From: Terriglobia bacterium
Lineage (GTDB): Bacteria; Acidobacteriota; Terriglobia; JAJPHL01; JAPKYU01
NCBI GenBank assembly: GCA_965206645.1
Contig: CBDBKE010000004.1
Span: 1,152,001-1,216,000 of the forward strand
Direction of reading: 5' to 3'
Length of the DNA stretch: 64,000 nt
Shown: positions 1-10,578 of the stretch, in pieces
Numbering within the stretch: the stretch's first letter is position 1
Layout: each line of letters opens with the position of its first letter
The notes under the pieces: model-generated
Told to the model about the DNA's origin: nothing
The model's input: only the letters and a program-made list of their open reading frames with translations
Database searches by the model: none
Program-made: the position numbers and the translations under genes

Positions 1-355
1 CAAGGCGCTCTCGCCGAGCTGGTGCTTCTAAAGGCAGCAGGCCGAGGGATCGAATCGAATCAACCTCCAAATCGATCAAGCGAGATCCGTGATAACCCGC
101 GACCGTCGTCGTTCGAACCCACTCAAGCGTTGCTTTGATGATCTTCTCCCGGTTCGTGCAGGAAAAAAGCAGATCAAGCGCGTCTTCGACAAACTCGGGC
201 TTTTCCGCGAGAAGTTTCTCCCGGGCCGCATTCGGCAAGAGAGACCCAACTGCTTTCGTGAGGAGCGGACCCCAGATGCAGTTGTTGTCGAAATCCACCA
301 TGAAGATCTCTCTCCGCGCTGTGGCTTGTCCTTTCTCATCCCTGGCGGATGACAT
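1..355 (-). CDS. Hypothetical protein, runs off the window's left edge; has a YHGS motif reminiscent of ART-like folds
   Basis: Manual translation from ATG at 355: MSSARDEKGQ...MVDFDNNCIWGPLLTK...VAGYHGSRLIDLEVDSIRSLGLLPLEAPARRERL, with no stop before base 1. Not in the ORF track. Confidence 0.5.
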   Translation of the reverse strand, partial: MSSARDEKGQATARREIFMVDFDNNCIWGPLLTKAVGSLLPNAAREKLLAEKPEFVEDALDLLFSCTNREKIIKATLEWVRTTTVAGYHGSRLIDLEVDSIRSLGLLPLEAPARRERL

Positions 356-460
356 TAATAGCTTATATGTCCAAACGCGACGGCCATGTTCGATCATTGG
401 ATCGTTTCGCAGTACTATGGAACCTGCCAGATGTGGGAATAAACCATGTCAAGCTAAACG

Positions 461-868
461 TATAATTCCCAAAACAAAGGCCAAGAAGACGGTTGTGGTT
501 CAACGGCGGTTCCTGCGTGCGGCTGCGGCCGGAGCGGCCCAACCACGTGTGGAGTTACGACTTTGTCAGCGGCAGAACCGAGGGGGGGAGAAAGCTGCGC
601 ATCCTGACGCTGATTGATGAATATACGCGGGAATGTCTGGCGCTGCCGGTAGAGCGGCGAATGGGGAGCCGGCAGGTGATTCAGACCTTGTCGGAGGTGA
701 TGCTGTGGCGAGGGATACCGGAACACATTCGTTCCGATCATAGCCCGGAGTTCCTCGCCCAGGAACTGCGCCAGTGGCTGGGGAATCTGGGGACGGAAAC
801 CCTGTACATCGAGCCAGGCAGTCCCTGGGAGAACGGATACTGCGAAAGTTTCAATGGGAAGCTGCGGG
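461..868 (+). pseudogene. IS3-family OrfB (integrase core) internal fragment
   Basis: HVWSYDFV...LIDEYTRECLA...IRSDHSPEF...PWENGYCESFNGKLR; a close relative of the IS3 at 26713; truncated on both sides. Confidence 0.85.
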
Positions 869-1320
869 CAGGATGACCCTCGCCGATGCGCGTGTTGCCC
901 TGGCGAGGCTTCCTGCTGAAATGAAGCTTGTGGCCCCATACCGTTCACTTTGGCAAGAATACATCCTGCAATTTCCTTCGCACTGCGGTCCATTCGCCGG
1001 GGGATAACGGTCCGGTTTCAGGTGCCCCGTCCCGGCTGCTATTCCCCAAGCAGGCTTGCCGCCTACGACCGGAGAACGGGTGTGAGGTTGCGCCATTTGC
1101 CGCTGGCCTTTGCTGGTTCCGCTTTGTTCCGACGCAAGGCTCGCGCCAGAACGGTCCCCTCGCCTGGCAGGCGTCTGTTACTCCCTCTTGCCCTTGTCGG
1201 CCCTGCCCGTCACTGGCTTCGTCGGCGCTGTTCCTCCCGTGTCAGGGTTTGGCCGTTTCCGCCATTCGGGGGTGAGCGGAAACGCTCGCAAACCCTTAAA
1301 CTTTCAGGAGGAAACACATC

Positions 1321-1569
1321 ATGGCTAACCCCAAACCCATCTCTGAAGTCCGCATCGGTCGCGTCAAGGCTGCGATTTGGCCGAACGGAACCGACGGCCG
1401 CACGCGGCACAATGTCACCTTCTCCCGTCTCTACAAGGACGGCGATGAATGGAAGAGCACGCAGAGCTTCAGTCGCAACGACCTGTTGCTGCTTGCCAAA
1501 GTGGCCGATCAGGCCCACTCGCGCATCTTCGAGCTTCAGCAGGAAGAAGAGCCTCAGGCAGAATCCTAG
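1321..1569 (+). CDS. 82-aa conserved mobile-element protein, probable ssDNA-binding (PC4/whirly-like)
   Basis: AGGAGG RBS; VKAAIWPN...NVTFSRLYKDGDEWKSTQSF motif; acidic tail; near-identical copy at 17498. Confidence 0.7.
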   Translation: MANPKPISEVRIGRVKAAIWPNGTDGRTRHNVTFSRLYKDGDEWKSTQSFSRNDLLLLAKVADQAHSRIFELQQEEEPQAES

Positions 1570-1588
1570 TGCGACGCGCATCAGAGAG

Positions 1589-1610
1589 CGGCGGGGCAAT
1601 CCCCGCCGCG
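1589..1610 (+). terminator. GC-rich hairpin downstream of the small gene
   Basis: gcggcgggg-caat-ccccgccgc; conserved in the second copy; no U-tract. Confidence 0.4.
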
Positions 1611-1626
1611 ATCCGATCCTTTCGAC

Positions 1627-1757
1627 GGTACTGTCAAGTTGAGCAGAATCCGCCCGTTTTGCGGAAGGATTCTGCTGGATAATAGACTTAGAATAAATGA
1701 CTTAGCGGTGGCGGCGGGCGGCGAGAATGCCGCCAAACTGCTTAACTTGACAGTACC
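1627..1757 (+). mobile_element. 131-bp MITE, copy 1 (IS6-like TIRs)
   Basis: GGTACTGTCAAGTT...AACTTGACAGTACC; 5 copies in the window. Confidence 0.9.
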
Positions 1758-1923
1758 TGCGGTCGGGCTGGCCGAAGGCAAGAGCGTTCGGGAGATGGCC
1801 GAGGCCACGGGGCGCACCCCAGGCGCCATCACCTGGCACCTGAAGCAGATCTACCGGAGACAGTCGATCTCCGGGCAGGTGGATCTGTTGCGGCTGGTGC
1901 TGTCACTCACCGAGTTCGAGTAA
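1758..1923 (+). pseudogene. C-terminal LuxR-type HTH fragment, cut by the MITE
   Basis: AVGLAEGKSVREMAEATGRTPGAITWHLKQIYRRQSISGQVDLLRLVLSL. Confidence 0.75.
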
Positions 1924-2358
1924 ACCGCCACGCGGTGGCGTCCTCTGGGCGGCCCGGTTCTCGGCCGCTTTCCGCCTTTTTCCTTCCGAATTCTCCCGAT
2001 CGGGTAGCGACTGGGCGGCGCGAAAGTGCATGTAGTACACGGCTGGTCTCTCACGACTGCCCGGGACGGTCTGGCGCAGCTGGCGGTCGCGCGCTTCGCG
2101 CAACGGGCGTGGCGTCACGATGGCTCTTGAGGCGTGTGAGGCGTGGCGGAGGAGCGAATCGTGACACCTCGTGCACCCATCCACGCCCGCCGTCTGGTTT
2201 TTTCCTGATGTGTGCGGCGGCGAGGGCGGTGACCCGGTCGGAACGGCGCGGAGGGCGAAAAAATTATGGACTGCTCGAATATTCGTTCGAGCAGTGGCGG
2301 ACAGCATCACGGGGCGGCTGCAAAGCGCCTCGTCGGCCAGCGCCTTGGAGTAGACGTA

Positions 2359-3216
2359 ATGAGTCGCCACCTTGTGTGCAGCACCCTCGTGGTTGCCACC
2401 CTCATCCTCGCGGTGTGCAGTTCGGCCTGTGTTCAGACACACGATGAACACAGGCCAGCCGCACAAGCCCTCGCAGACCTCCGCGCCAGCGCCGAGGCGG
2501 GCGACGCCGAGGCGCAGTTCATCCTCGGCGGCATTCATGTCACCGGCGTCGGCGTGCCACCGGATGTCGCCGAAGCGGTCGCGTGGTACCGCCGCGCCGC
2601 CGAGCAGGGTGACGCCTCGGCGCAGAACAACCTCGGGGGGATGTACGCCGAGGGCGTCGGCGTGCCACAGGATGCCGCCGAAGCGGTCGCGTGGTACCGC
2701 CGCGCCGCCGAGCAAGGCGACGCCACGGCGCAGAGCAACCTCGGGGGGATGTACGACCAAGGCCTCGGCGTGCCACAGGATGCCGCCGAAGCGGTCGCGT
2801 GGTACCGCCGCGACGCCGAGCAGGGCGTCGCGCGCGCGCAGTACAACCTCGGGGGCATGTACCGAGAGGGCCGAGCCGTGCCACAGGATGCCGCCGGGGC
2901 CGTCGCGTGGTACCGCCGCGCCGCCGAGCAGGACCACGTGCGCGCGCAGTACAACCTCGGGGGCATGTATGCCGAGGGCCGAGCCGTGCCACAGGATGCC
3001 GTCGAGGCCCACATGTGGTTGACCATCGCCGCCTCTCGGTTAACCGGCGCGGAGCGTGAGCAAATCGTGACGGCGCGCGCCGCCGTCGCCGTGCGGATGA
3101 CACCGACAGACTTGCGCGAGGCAGAAGGCCGCGCGCAGGCGTGGCACGCGGCGCACCAGGGCATGAGGAATCGTGCCGTGCCGCGCCGCCCAGCGACACG
3201 GCACGCGAAGGCTTGA
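2359..3216 (+). CDS. Secreted/lipoprotein-like Sel1-repeat (SLR) protein
   Basis: Hydrophobic N-terminus; 36-aa repeats AQxNLGGMYxxGxGVPQDxxEAVAWYRRAAEQG. Confidence 0.9.
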   Translation: MSRHLVCSTLVVATLILAVCSSACVQTHDEHRPAAQALADLRASAEAGDAEAQFILGGIHVTGVGVPPDVAEAVAWYRRAAEQGDASAQNNLGGMYAEGVGVPQDAAEAVAWYRRAAEQGDATAQSNLGGMYDQGLGVPQDAAEAVAWYRRDAEQGVARAQYNLGGMYREGRAVPQDAAGAVAWYRRAAEQDHVRAQYNLGGMYAEGRAVPQDAVEAHMWLTIAASRLTGAEREQIVTARAAVAVRMTPTDLREAEGRAQAWHAAHQGMRNRAVPRRPATRHAKA

Positions 3217-3594
3217 TTATCGCTCTCGAGCTCTTGTTCGCCCTGTGACGGGCGAACGCGGGCCGGGCTCCCCCTTTTGCCTACGTCGGCCCGAGGCGGC
3301 GACGGATGATGAATCAACAGATGAATCCGCCGCACCGCAACCGGCTCCGCAGACAGGGCCAGGAATGGACAGACACCCACCTTGAAGCCATCGATCATGC
3401 AAGCCCGCTCTATGAAAGCACGCCATTCGAGTACATCAAGACCGGTGGTGTGTCACGTGTGCATATCACTCGCGTCGCCGGGGCCGCCGAAACGTGGATC
3501 GCTGGTCTCCAGAAATCGCACGAAGAGAAAGTAAAGGTGGACGTTACGTGAAGGGGAACTCCACTCAAGCTGAATTTTTCCTTGAAGGAGGATT

Positions 3595-3903
3595 ATGGCT
3601 ACGAGAGCGATGACTCAAACTCAACTGATTCGGCATCTAGCCGAGAGTTGCCAGCTAAGCAACAAAGTTGCCCGCCAGTTTATGGAGACCCTGGCGGCGC
3701 CCGCCCTGAAAGAGACCAAGAAGAATGGCCTCTTCGTCTTTCCCGGCATCGGGCGGCTGGTCAAGTCGAAACGCAAGGCTCGCATGGGAAGGAACCCAGC
3801 CACCGGTGCGGCCATCAAGATTGCAGCCAAGACGGTGGTGAAGTTCCGGGTTGCCAAGGCCGCCAAGGACTCCATCGCTCCGAGCAAGGCGAAAAAGAAA
3901 TAA
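3595..3903 (+). CDS. hup: HU-family DNA-binding protein
   Basis: RKARMGRNPATGAAIKIAAKTVVKFR; AAGGAGG RBS. Confidence 0.9.
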   Translation: MATRAMTQTQLIRHLAESCQLSNKVARQFMETLAAPALKETKKNGLFVFPGIGRLVKSKRKARMGRNPATGAAIKIAAKTVVKFRVAKAAKDSIAPSKAKKK

Positions 3904-4460
3904 TATCGTGGTTTTGACCGGAAGCTCTGACGATGACGGGAGTTGTCCGCCTCCTAAACGAGGATCTGTCTATTCCGGAATGTAGGACCGGTTTTCCCTA
4001 ACCGGCCCTGATCTTTCCGTCTCCAAGCCAAAGGCTCGTTCTATAAGGGTGTTCGATCCGCGTTAGGATCATTCTTCATGATCTCTTCAGCCTACCAGCC
4101 GCCATCGCTCAAAGTTGCAACACAACCCGGCACCGGCCCCGCACCCGGATCGTCTTCCGGGGAGATTCCCGCTACGGCCGCCCGCAGGCCATCTGCGAAC
4201 CCGCCTCTTCGTTCGCCATGCGACAGTCTGCGATGAACCGTTCGCGGTCGAGTAACACCACCCCACCCGGCCAGGAGCCGCCGGGCGCGTCCGGTTATTT
4301 CAGCAAGATGCGCCAGCAATCGAACGCGGCAAGGGTCGCGCATTTGCCCAAGTTATAATGTCCCATAGCCCAAATAATTACATTCCTTAACTCGTGTGCG
4401 ACACGCTTATCCTAGTAGGCGATCCAATAGGCAACAATTCCTGTTCGGAGATCTGCGACC

Positions 4461-5351
4461 ATGCCGCCCCTTCTGCCGCTTGAATGCCTGCGCTTCTTCG
4501 AAGTCGCGGCCCGCCGCGAGAGCTTCGCCAAGGCGGCTGAGGAGCTCCACGTCTCATCGTCGGCCGTTGCGCACCGCATCAAGGTACTGGAAAAGCATCT
4601 CGACGGCGCGCTGTTCGATCGCAGTCATCGTAGTGTGCGCCTGAACGGGCGCGGCAAGACGTATCTGAAGGATGTGCAGCGCATTCTGGCCGAGATCCAG
4701 ATCGTCACGGAACGCCGCCGAGGCGATTCCGGGACACAGCGACTGAAAATGGTTTCGGTCGAGGCCGTCGCCCAGAAGTGGCTCATGCCGAAGCTCGCGG
4801 ATTTCCAAGTGTCCCACCCCGGCGTCATCATCGAGTTGGAGACCAACCATCGCGGCGTCGACCCGGCGCGACGCGATTTCGATATCTGGATCGCATACGT
4901 CGGCGAGACCGCTGCGCCGCGCCCGGAGGGTCTGTTCGAGGAGACGCTGTACGAGGAGGATCTGCTTCCGGTCTGCAGTCCGAGCCTTATCGAGGCGCGC
5001 GGAAGGCCCCGCGATCCGGTCGAGCTGCATGACTGGCCCCTGCTGTACGATCTCGGATGGGACACCGACTGGCCGTACTGGTTCGCGCGCCAGGGCAAAC
5101 CGTCGCCGGACCTCTCGCGGGCGTCGGGCTTCCGCCTCTACAGCATGGTGGTCGACGCCGCCGTGGAGGGCATGGGGGCGGCTATGGGACACTCGCGGGT
5201 GATCGCGCGGGAGATGGAACGGGGCGCGCTGGTCCCTCTGTTCGACCGGCAGGTCGAAACACCCGCGCGGTGCTGCCTCATCACGACGGCCGACTCCAGG
5301 CGCAATCCAGGAGTCCGGGCATTCCGGAAATGGATACGGAAAGAGGCTTGA
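4461..5351 (+). CDS. LysR-family regulator (GcvA/AmpR-like)
   Basis: LRFFEVAARRESFAKAAEELHVSSSAVAHRIKVLE HTH plus substrate-binding domain. Confidence 0.92.
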   Translation: MPPLLPLECLRFFEVAARRESFAKAAEELHVSSSAVAHRIKVLEKHLDGALFDRSHRSVRLNGRGKTYLKDVQRILAEIQIVTERRRGDSGTQRLKMVSVEAVAQKWLMPKLADFQVSHPGVIIELETNHRGVDPARRDFDIWIAYVGETAAPRPEGLFEETLYEEDLLPVCSPSLIEARGRPRDPVELHDWPLLYDLGWDTDWPYWFARQGKPSPDLSRASGFRLYSMVVDAAVEGMGAAMGHSRVIAREMERGALVPLFDRQVETPARCCLITTADSRRNPGVRAFRKWIRKEA

Positions 5352-5365
5352 ACCGGCCGCTGGGG

Positions 5366-5496
5366 GGTACTGTCAAGTTGAGCAGAATCTGCCCGTTTTG
5401 CGGAAGGATTCTGCTGGATCAGAGACTGATAATCAATGACTTAGCGGTGGCGGCGGGCGGCGAGAATGCCGCCAAACTGCTTAACTTGACAGTATC
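5366..5496 (+). mobile_element. 131-bp MITE, copy 2
   Basis: Same sequence as copy 1; right end reads AACTTGACAGTATC. Confidence 0.9.
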
Positions 5497-5688
5497 GTTC
5501 TCCTTGTTGCTATGTCGTTGCCCGCATGGATGCCTCGACGACGAAGGCGCATCCGCAGACGCCCCCTATGGCCGTGAACACCACGCGACGGACGTCCCTG
5601 GTTCGATCACTCGTTTTCTTTTTTGCCATCGTACCGCGTAATTATACGCGGTACGATGCGCCGAACAGCCTCGGTCCGACCCTCGGAC

Positions 5689-6968
5689 TGACCTGCCGGC
5701 TTTCTTCGGACCACCGATTACTGGAGAACAGCGCCAGTCGGCATGGTTAAGTCGCTCTCGTGTTCTTCTTGGTCAGCGTGAGCCGGCATCGCCGGCGAGC
5801 GCCCACCGTCATCCGAGCCAGCACGGAGCTGCGCTTTGAACTCGGCTGGCGTCAGATAGCCAAGGCTCGAGTGCGGTCGCACGTCGTTGTAGTGCCGTCG
5901 CCATTGCTCGATCCCCACCTTCGCGTCCACGCGGTTCCGAAACCACTGCAGGCTCAGATACTCGTCGCGGAACTTCCCGTTGAACGATTCGTCGGTCGCA
6001 TTCTGCCACGGCTTGCCCGGCTCGATGAGCGCGGTTTCGATCTGCGCCTGGAGCAGCCACCGGAGAATCGCACCCGCGACAAACTCGGGGCCGTTGTCGG
6101 ACCGGAGGTAACGTGGGGCTCCGTGGACGCTCACGAGCTGCGTGAGCACCTCGATAACGCGCCCGGACCGAATGCCGCCGGCCACGTCGATCGCGAGTGA
6201 CTCGCGGGTCCATTCGTCGACGACGGTGAGGCACTTGAGCGTCTGCCCATTCGCGCAGGTGTCGAACACGAAGTCGTACGCCCAGACGTGATTGACCGCA
6301 GTGGCGGGCACCGGGCGGGGCCGGCTCAGGGCGACCCGGCGCCGCGGCCGCCGCCGAGGCACCTGCAACCCCGCCTGGCGCCAGAGGCGATGGGTCCGGT
6401 CCGTGCTCATCGTGTGCCCTTCGCGTTTTAGGAAAATCCGAATCCGGCGATAGCCGTACCGCGGATACTGCGCCGCCAGACGACGCATCGCGGCCAGCGC
6501 CGGGGCATCCCGGTCGACCAGCCGCGACTGGTAGCCCAGCGTGGACCGTGCGACGGAGAGCAAGGCGCACGCGCGGCGACCCGACAGACCGCGTGCACGT
6601 GCATACGCGACCTGCGGCCGGCGCACGCGTGCGCCTACCATTTTTTTCGGGTGATCTCCTTGAGCACGTCGATCTCCAGATCTCGATCGGCCACCATCTT
6701 TTTCAGCCGGCCGTTCTCCTGCTCGAGCTGCCGCAGCCGCTTCACATCGGCGGGCTCCAACGTGCCGAAGTGTTTCCGCCAGGCGTAGAGCGTCTGGGCG
6801 CTGACGCCGTTCTTTTTGGCCACCTCCGGAACGGGCCGCTGATCGGCCTCGCGGAGGATCGTCACCATCTGCTCTTCGGTAAACCGGGTCTTCTTCATGG
6901 CTCCCTCGTTTCTCCGAGGGCGCCATTCTCTCAGGCTTCAGCTGGTCCGGAAATCGCCAGGCAGGTCA
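5689..6968 (-). mobile_element. IS3-family element A (1280 bp), complete; OrfA 6635-6898, OrfB via -1 frameshift
   Basis: TGACCTGCC...GGCAGGTCA ends; 4-bp TSD GGAC; A7 slippery run at the OrfA end; DDE motifs. Confidence 0.95.
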
Positions 6969-7245
6969 GGACGGCCTCTAATTTCGCTCTCCGGACCCTA
7001 TGCGAAGTCGGCAACTCACCTTGTCTCTCTTACACCTATGAATCGGCACGGTAAGGCCCTTTTAACCTCCGAAATGGGACCTCAATAAATACTGTCGTTA
7101 ACGAGTACAGGGTTCGAAATAGCCCTCCATGAACTCCGGTCCAAAGGGATTTCCTGCTCCGACACAACATGTTCACCTTCAGAAATCAGTTTTTGTTCTT
7201 TCTATAGATCGAGCAAGCGGCAGGCAGGACGCCCCTGGGGCCGCT

Positions 7246-8910
7246 TCACCCAGAGGCGTTCGAGGGAGCCTTGGGCTTGGTGAGCGGCTGCGGAGCTGGC
7301 AGGGGCTTTCTGGGAATGCGTTCCTCCCTGTTGGCCGCCTGGTAAATGAAGGTCGCGACAATCATCGACGCCTGGATCAAATCCGCCACCTGAATGCGGT
7401 CCAGATTATCCATATTCGAGTGATGCGTCCGGGTTTCGTACTCGACTCGATCCTGGATGAACTGGAAACCAGGCAGTCCGACGGCGTCGAACGACAAATG
7501 GTCCGTTCCACTCGTGTTGCGGATGCTCAACGTTCTCGCTCCCATATCACTGAACGGAGCCAGCCATTGCCGGAAAATCGGCCGTACCCGATCGTTGCCT
7601 TGCAGGTAGACGCCCCTAATCTTGCCCGTTCCGTTGTCCACATTGAAGTAGGCCGAGAACTTGTCGTGGGCTTCTTTGATCTGCATCGTTTCCGGATCCC
7701 CGAAATGCTGCTTGACGTACGCCTTCGATCCAAGCAGTCCCTGTTCTTCTCCGCCCCAAAGCACAATCCGGACCGTGCGGGCGAGCGGCAGTTTGAGCTT
7801 CGTCAGGATGCGAACCGCTTCCATCATGACGGCACAGCCCGCACCATTGTCCGTCGCGCCGAGTGCCGCCGCCGTGGAGTCCAAGTGTCCACCCAACATG
7901 ACGAGTTCTTCGGCCTTGTCTCCGCCGGAGATTTCTGCGACGACGTTGACCGAATCCAGGTCCTCGCGGTAGATTGTCGTGCGCACCTCGACTTCGATCG
8001 TGGCTCCGATTCCCCTGTTGATCAGTCGGAAGATACGGTTGTAGTGTTCCGGCGTGAGGGCGACGGAGGGAGGCGGAAGGGGGTCTTCCACATGCCGGTT
8101 GCCCGCGCGAGGAGGAAACACCGTTCCGCCGCTGCCCTGAAATGCGGGATGCAGCACCAGCCGGACTCCTTCCGAGACCAGGAAGTCATTCAGCTTCGCT
8201 TGGATCCGGCGTCTCTCTTTACGCCGGGACTCTCGGTACCAGGCTGGCGCTTTGGCGAAGAAAGACCGCGCATCCTCCGGGTCGCTGGGGATCTCCAATT
8301 CGGGGTCGAGAAAATCGATCGGTGCCGAAGGTTGCGGCGCCACGGATAGCTGTTCCAACTCGGCATTCGAATAACGATGCAACGCAGCTCGGGACTGGGG
8401 CCGCACTTTAATAGGCTCGGCGATCATGAGCAGCGCTCCGCCAAGCTTGCCCTTCCATTTGGCGATGTACGCGTTGACCGCCTGCTCGTCGCGCGGTAGA
8501 CGGCTTTCCCGCTTGAGCGGCGCCAGAAGGGGGGGGCCCTTCAGCCTCCCCTTGGTCGACGGACTCCAGCCGAGCGGGACCCCGATCAGTTGCTCATACT
8601 GAGGCTCCAGCAGATGTGCCGAAAAGTATTCTCGCGACCAGCCCTGTCCGAACGGTCCCCATTTCTCCAGAGCTGCCTTCGCAAGACCCCATTCCTGGAA
8701 CCGCTGGACCGCCCACTCGGCCGATCCGAGGAACCCGGGCGAGTTGGTCACCCGCGGTCCATACACGTCGACAAGGTGCAACAGATGCTCCATCACTTGG
8801 CTGTTCTCGTAGGCTTCGTGCCGGATGCGGTTGACGACTTCCAGATCGGGCGTGTCATCCGCGGCGGTCAGTGTGAGGCAGCACAGAGCTGCAAGCAAGT
8901 ATCGCAACAT
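7246..8910 (-). CDS. Secreted M28-family aminopeptidase (carboxypeptidase Q-like)
   Basis: Signal peptide; GGHLDS, GATDNGAG, GEEQGL, NVDNG, TDHLSF, HHSNMD zinc-site motifs. Confidence 0.9.
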   Translation of the reverse strand: MLRYLLAALCCLTLTAADDTPDLEVVNRIRHEAYENSQVMEHLLHLVDVYGPRVTNSPGFLGSAEWAVQRFQEWGLAKAALEKWGPFGQGWSREYFSAHLLEPQYEQLIGVPLGWSPSTKGRLKGPPLLAPLKRESRLPRDEQAVNAYIAKWKGKLGGALLMIAEPIKVRPQSRAALHRYSNAELEQLSVAPQPSAPIDFLDPELEIPSDPEDARSFFAKAPAWYRESRRKERRRIQAKLNDFLVSEGVRLVLHPAFQGSGGTVFPPRAGNRHVEDPLPPPSVALTPEHYNRIFRLINRGIGATIEVEVRTTIYREDLDSVNVVAEISGGDKAEELVMLGGHLDSTAAALGATDNGAGCAVMMEAVRILTKLKLPLARTVRIVLWGGEEQGLLGSKAYVKQHFGDPETMQIKEAHDKFSAYFNVDNGTGKIRGVYLQGNDRVRPIFRQWLAPFSDMGARTLSIRNTSGTDHLSFDAVGLPGFQFIQDRVEYETRTHHSNMDNLDRIQVADLIQASMIVATFIYQAANREERIPRKPLPAPQPLTKPKAPSNASG

Positions 8911-8943
8911 GACCCCAACTCTAGCACAGCAGCAGTTGGCGGG

Positions 8944-8986
8944 TGGTGAGTCCTTGCAGGACTCGAACCTGCAACCAACCGATTAT
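8944..8986 (-). other. 3' half of a tRNA gene (Ile-like); likely att-site remnant
   Basis: Minus strand ATAATCGGTTGGTTGCAGGTTCGAGTCCTGCAAGGACTCACCA has the T-arm GGTTCGAGTCC and a CCA end; no 5' half. Confidence 0.75.
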
Positions 8987-9091
8987 TCGACGCTTTCATC
9001 GTCGATCAAAAGGCAGCTCAACCTGTCCGGCTACGTCCAGGTGACCGTCTACCTGTGCAAAGAGCTGGAGAAGGAAACCGTGCGGCTGAAG

Positions 9092-10153
9092 GGCGTTGTT
9101 GCAGAAATCTGACTCCATCCCCAACGCTCTCCCTCCTGATAGGCTAGGGGATGGGCAAAAGCGACTACACCTTCCGATATAAGGTTCGCAACTGGCCGGA
9201 GTACAACCGGGCTCTGGTGAAACGTGGGCAGCTGACACTGTGGTTCGACACGGAGGCAGTGGCTGCCTGGCGTCATCCAGGACCCTTCGAAGGGCGAGGC
9301 CGGCCCAAGGTCTACGCAGATGCGGCGATCCAATGTGCGCTGGTCCTGAATTCGGTGTTTCGCCTCAACCTACGGACCACTCAAGGGTTCCTTCAATCCA
9401 TCGTGGCGCTCATGGCTCTCGACCTCCCAGTGCCCAACTACAGCACGGTGAGCCGAAGGCAAAGCGCCGTCGACGTCCGACTGAGTGTAGGGCCCACGGA
9501 TCGACCACGACATGTCGTCATCGATTCGACGGGCCTGAAGATCTACGGAGCCGGTGAGTGGCACATCAGAAAACACCGAACCCTCCGCCGTAGGACATGG
9601 CGAAAGCTCCACCTAGGCGTCGATGAGACGACGAAAGAGATCGTTGCGATGGACCTGACTGCGAGCAACGTCCACGACGCCCGAAGGCTCTCTTCGTTGC
9701 TGTCTAAGACTCCTGGTTCGATCGGGCAAGTCTCCGCAGACCGGGCCTACGACACGGGTTCCTGCTACGAGGCCGTGCTCCAGCACGACGCTATCGTGAC
9801 GATCTTGCCGCGACGCAATGCACGATGCAGCCGAGACTCTCATCCGCCTCCGTGGCGTGCGATGCGTGATACCCATCTCCGGCGTATTAGGACGCAGGGC
9901 CGTTATGAGTGGCGGAAGTCGAGTGGCTGCACTCGCCAGAGCGTGGCGGAGAATGCGGTCTCACGGTACAAGGCGATACTCGGGGTAAGCCTCTCGGCCC
10001 GCACGGTCAAGAACCAAAAAGTCGAAGCCGCGATCAAGTGCGCTGTGCTGAACCGGATGGCGGAGCTTGGAATGCCACGATCGGAGCGCGTGTACTGAGG
10101 CGGATGAGCTTCTCGGCCCGGTTCGCCGCGAGCGCGAATTACGCAACAACGCC
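9092..10153 (+). mobile_element. IS5-family (IS903 group) element, intact transposase 9151-10098
   Basis: GGCGTTGTTGC TIRs; NWPEYNRALVKRG, VIDSTGLK, WRKLHL, ADRAY motifs; no TSD seen. Confidence 0.93.
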
Positions 10154-10527
10154 CTGCTGATCCCCAAAGGCAAGGAACCGGAGGACTACTCGGCATGGGC
10201 CAGCAAGGTCGGCGAGAGCTCTGGCTTAGGCGGGGAGATGATGCTGTCGATCTGCTACTCGGCCGACGGGGAGACGGATTGGGTGATCAGAGGGATAGTC
10301 GGCGTCCCAGGGTTTCCCGAGGACGATATGGAGCGCCACATCGCGGCAACGAAACTTGCCGAGAACGGCCCTGCCTAAACCCCGGACGCCTGACCCTCAA
10401 TGTGGACAGCCTCATAGAGGGCATGTTAGACGTCGAACTCAAGATATTATGGTGCTGTTAACTTAAGTCTCCAGGATTCCCGGGGCGGTTCAAGGTGAAG
10501 GATTCTGGCAAGATGAGCGGCAACCGG

Positions 10528-10578
10528 AATACACCTTAAACAGGCCGCCAAGCTGTCCACAAACCGGGGCCACCTCAG
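10528..10578 (+). mobile_element. Isolated IS3-type right-end remnant
   Basis: aatacaccttaaac...ccgccaagctg...ccggggccacctca matches the end of the IS3 fragment at 28884-28934. Confidence 0.6.

Larger units (their letters stand above)
870..1626 (+). repeat. ~760-bp module (long leader, small gene, hairpin), direct repeat of 17046-17803
   Basis: Similar from aggatga...gatgcgcgtgtt to gatcctttcgac in both copies. Confidence 0.9.

Noticed and set aside
1581-1923. ORFs running through the 131-bp MITE (TVKLS.../...LLNLTVP peptides, here and at the other copies)
   Set aside because: Read-through artefacts of a non-coding element.
2540-3000. Regular 108-bp tandem repeats (also ~13300-13820) as a CRISPR-like array
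   Set aside because: They are in-frame coding Sel1 repeats with no unique spacers and no cas genes.
4348-4375. dif/pdif-like site (ccaagttataa tgtccc atagcccaaat)
   Set aside because: The XerD-side arm is far from TTATGTTAAAT; probably chance in an AT-rich promoter.
5718-6926. 402-aa single-ORF transposase (and equivalents at 37775, 26911, 48988, 50771)
   Set aside because: The N-terminal part is the off-frame overlap of OrfA; the true product is the -1 frameshift OrfAB fusion.
8944-8986. Functional tRNA gene
   Set aside because: No D-arm or 5' acceptor strand; only the 3' half is present.
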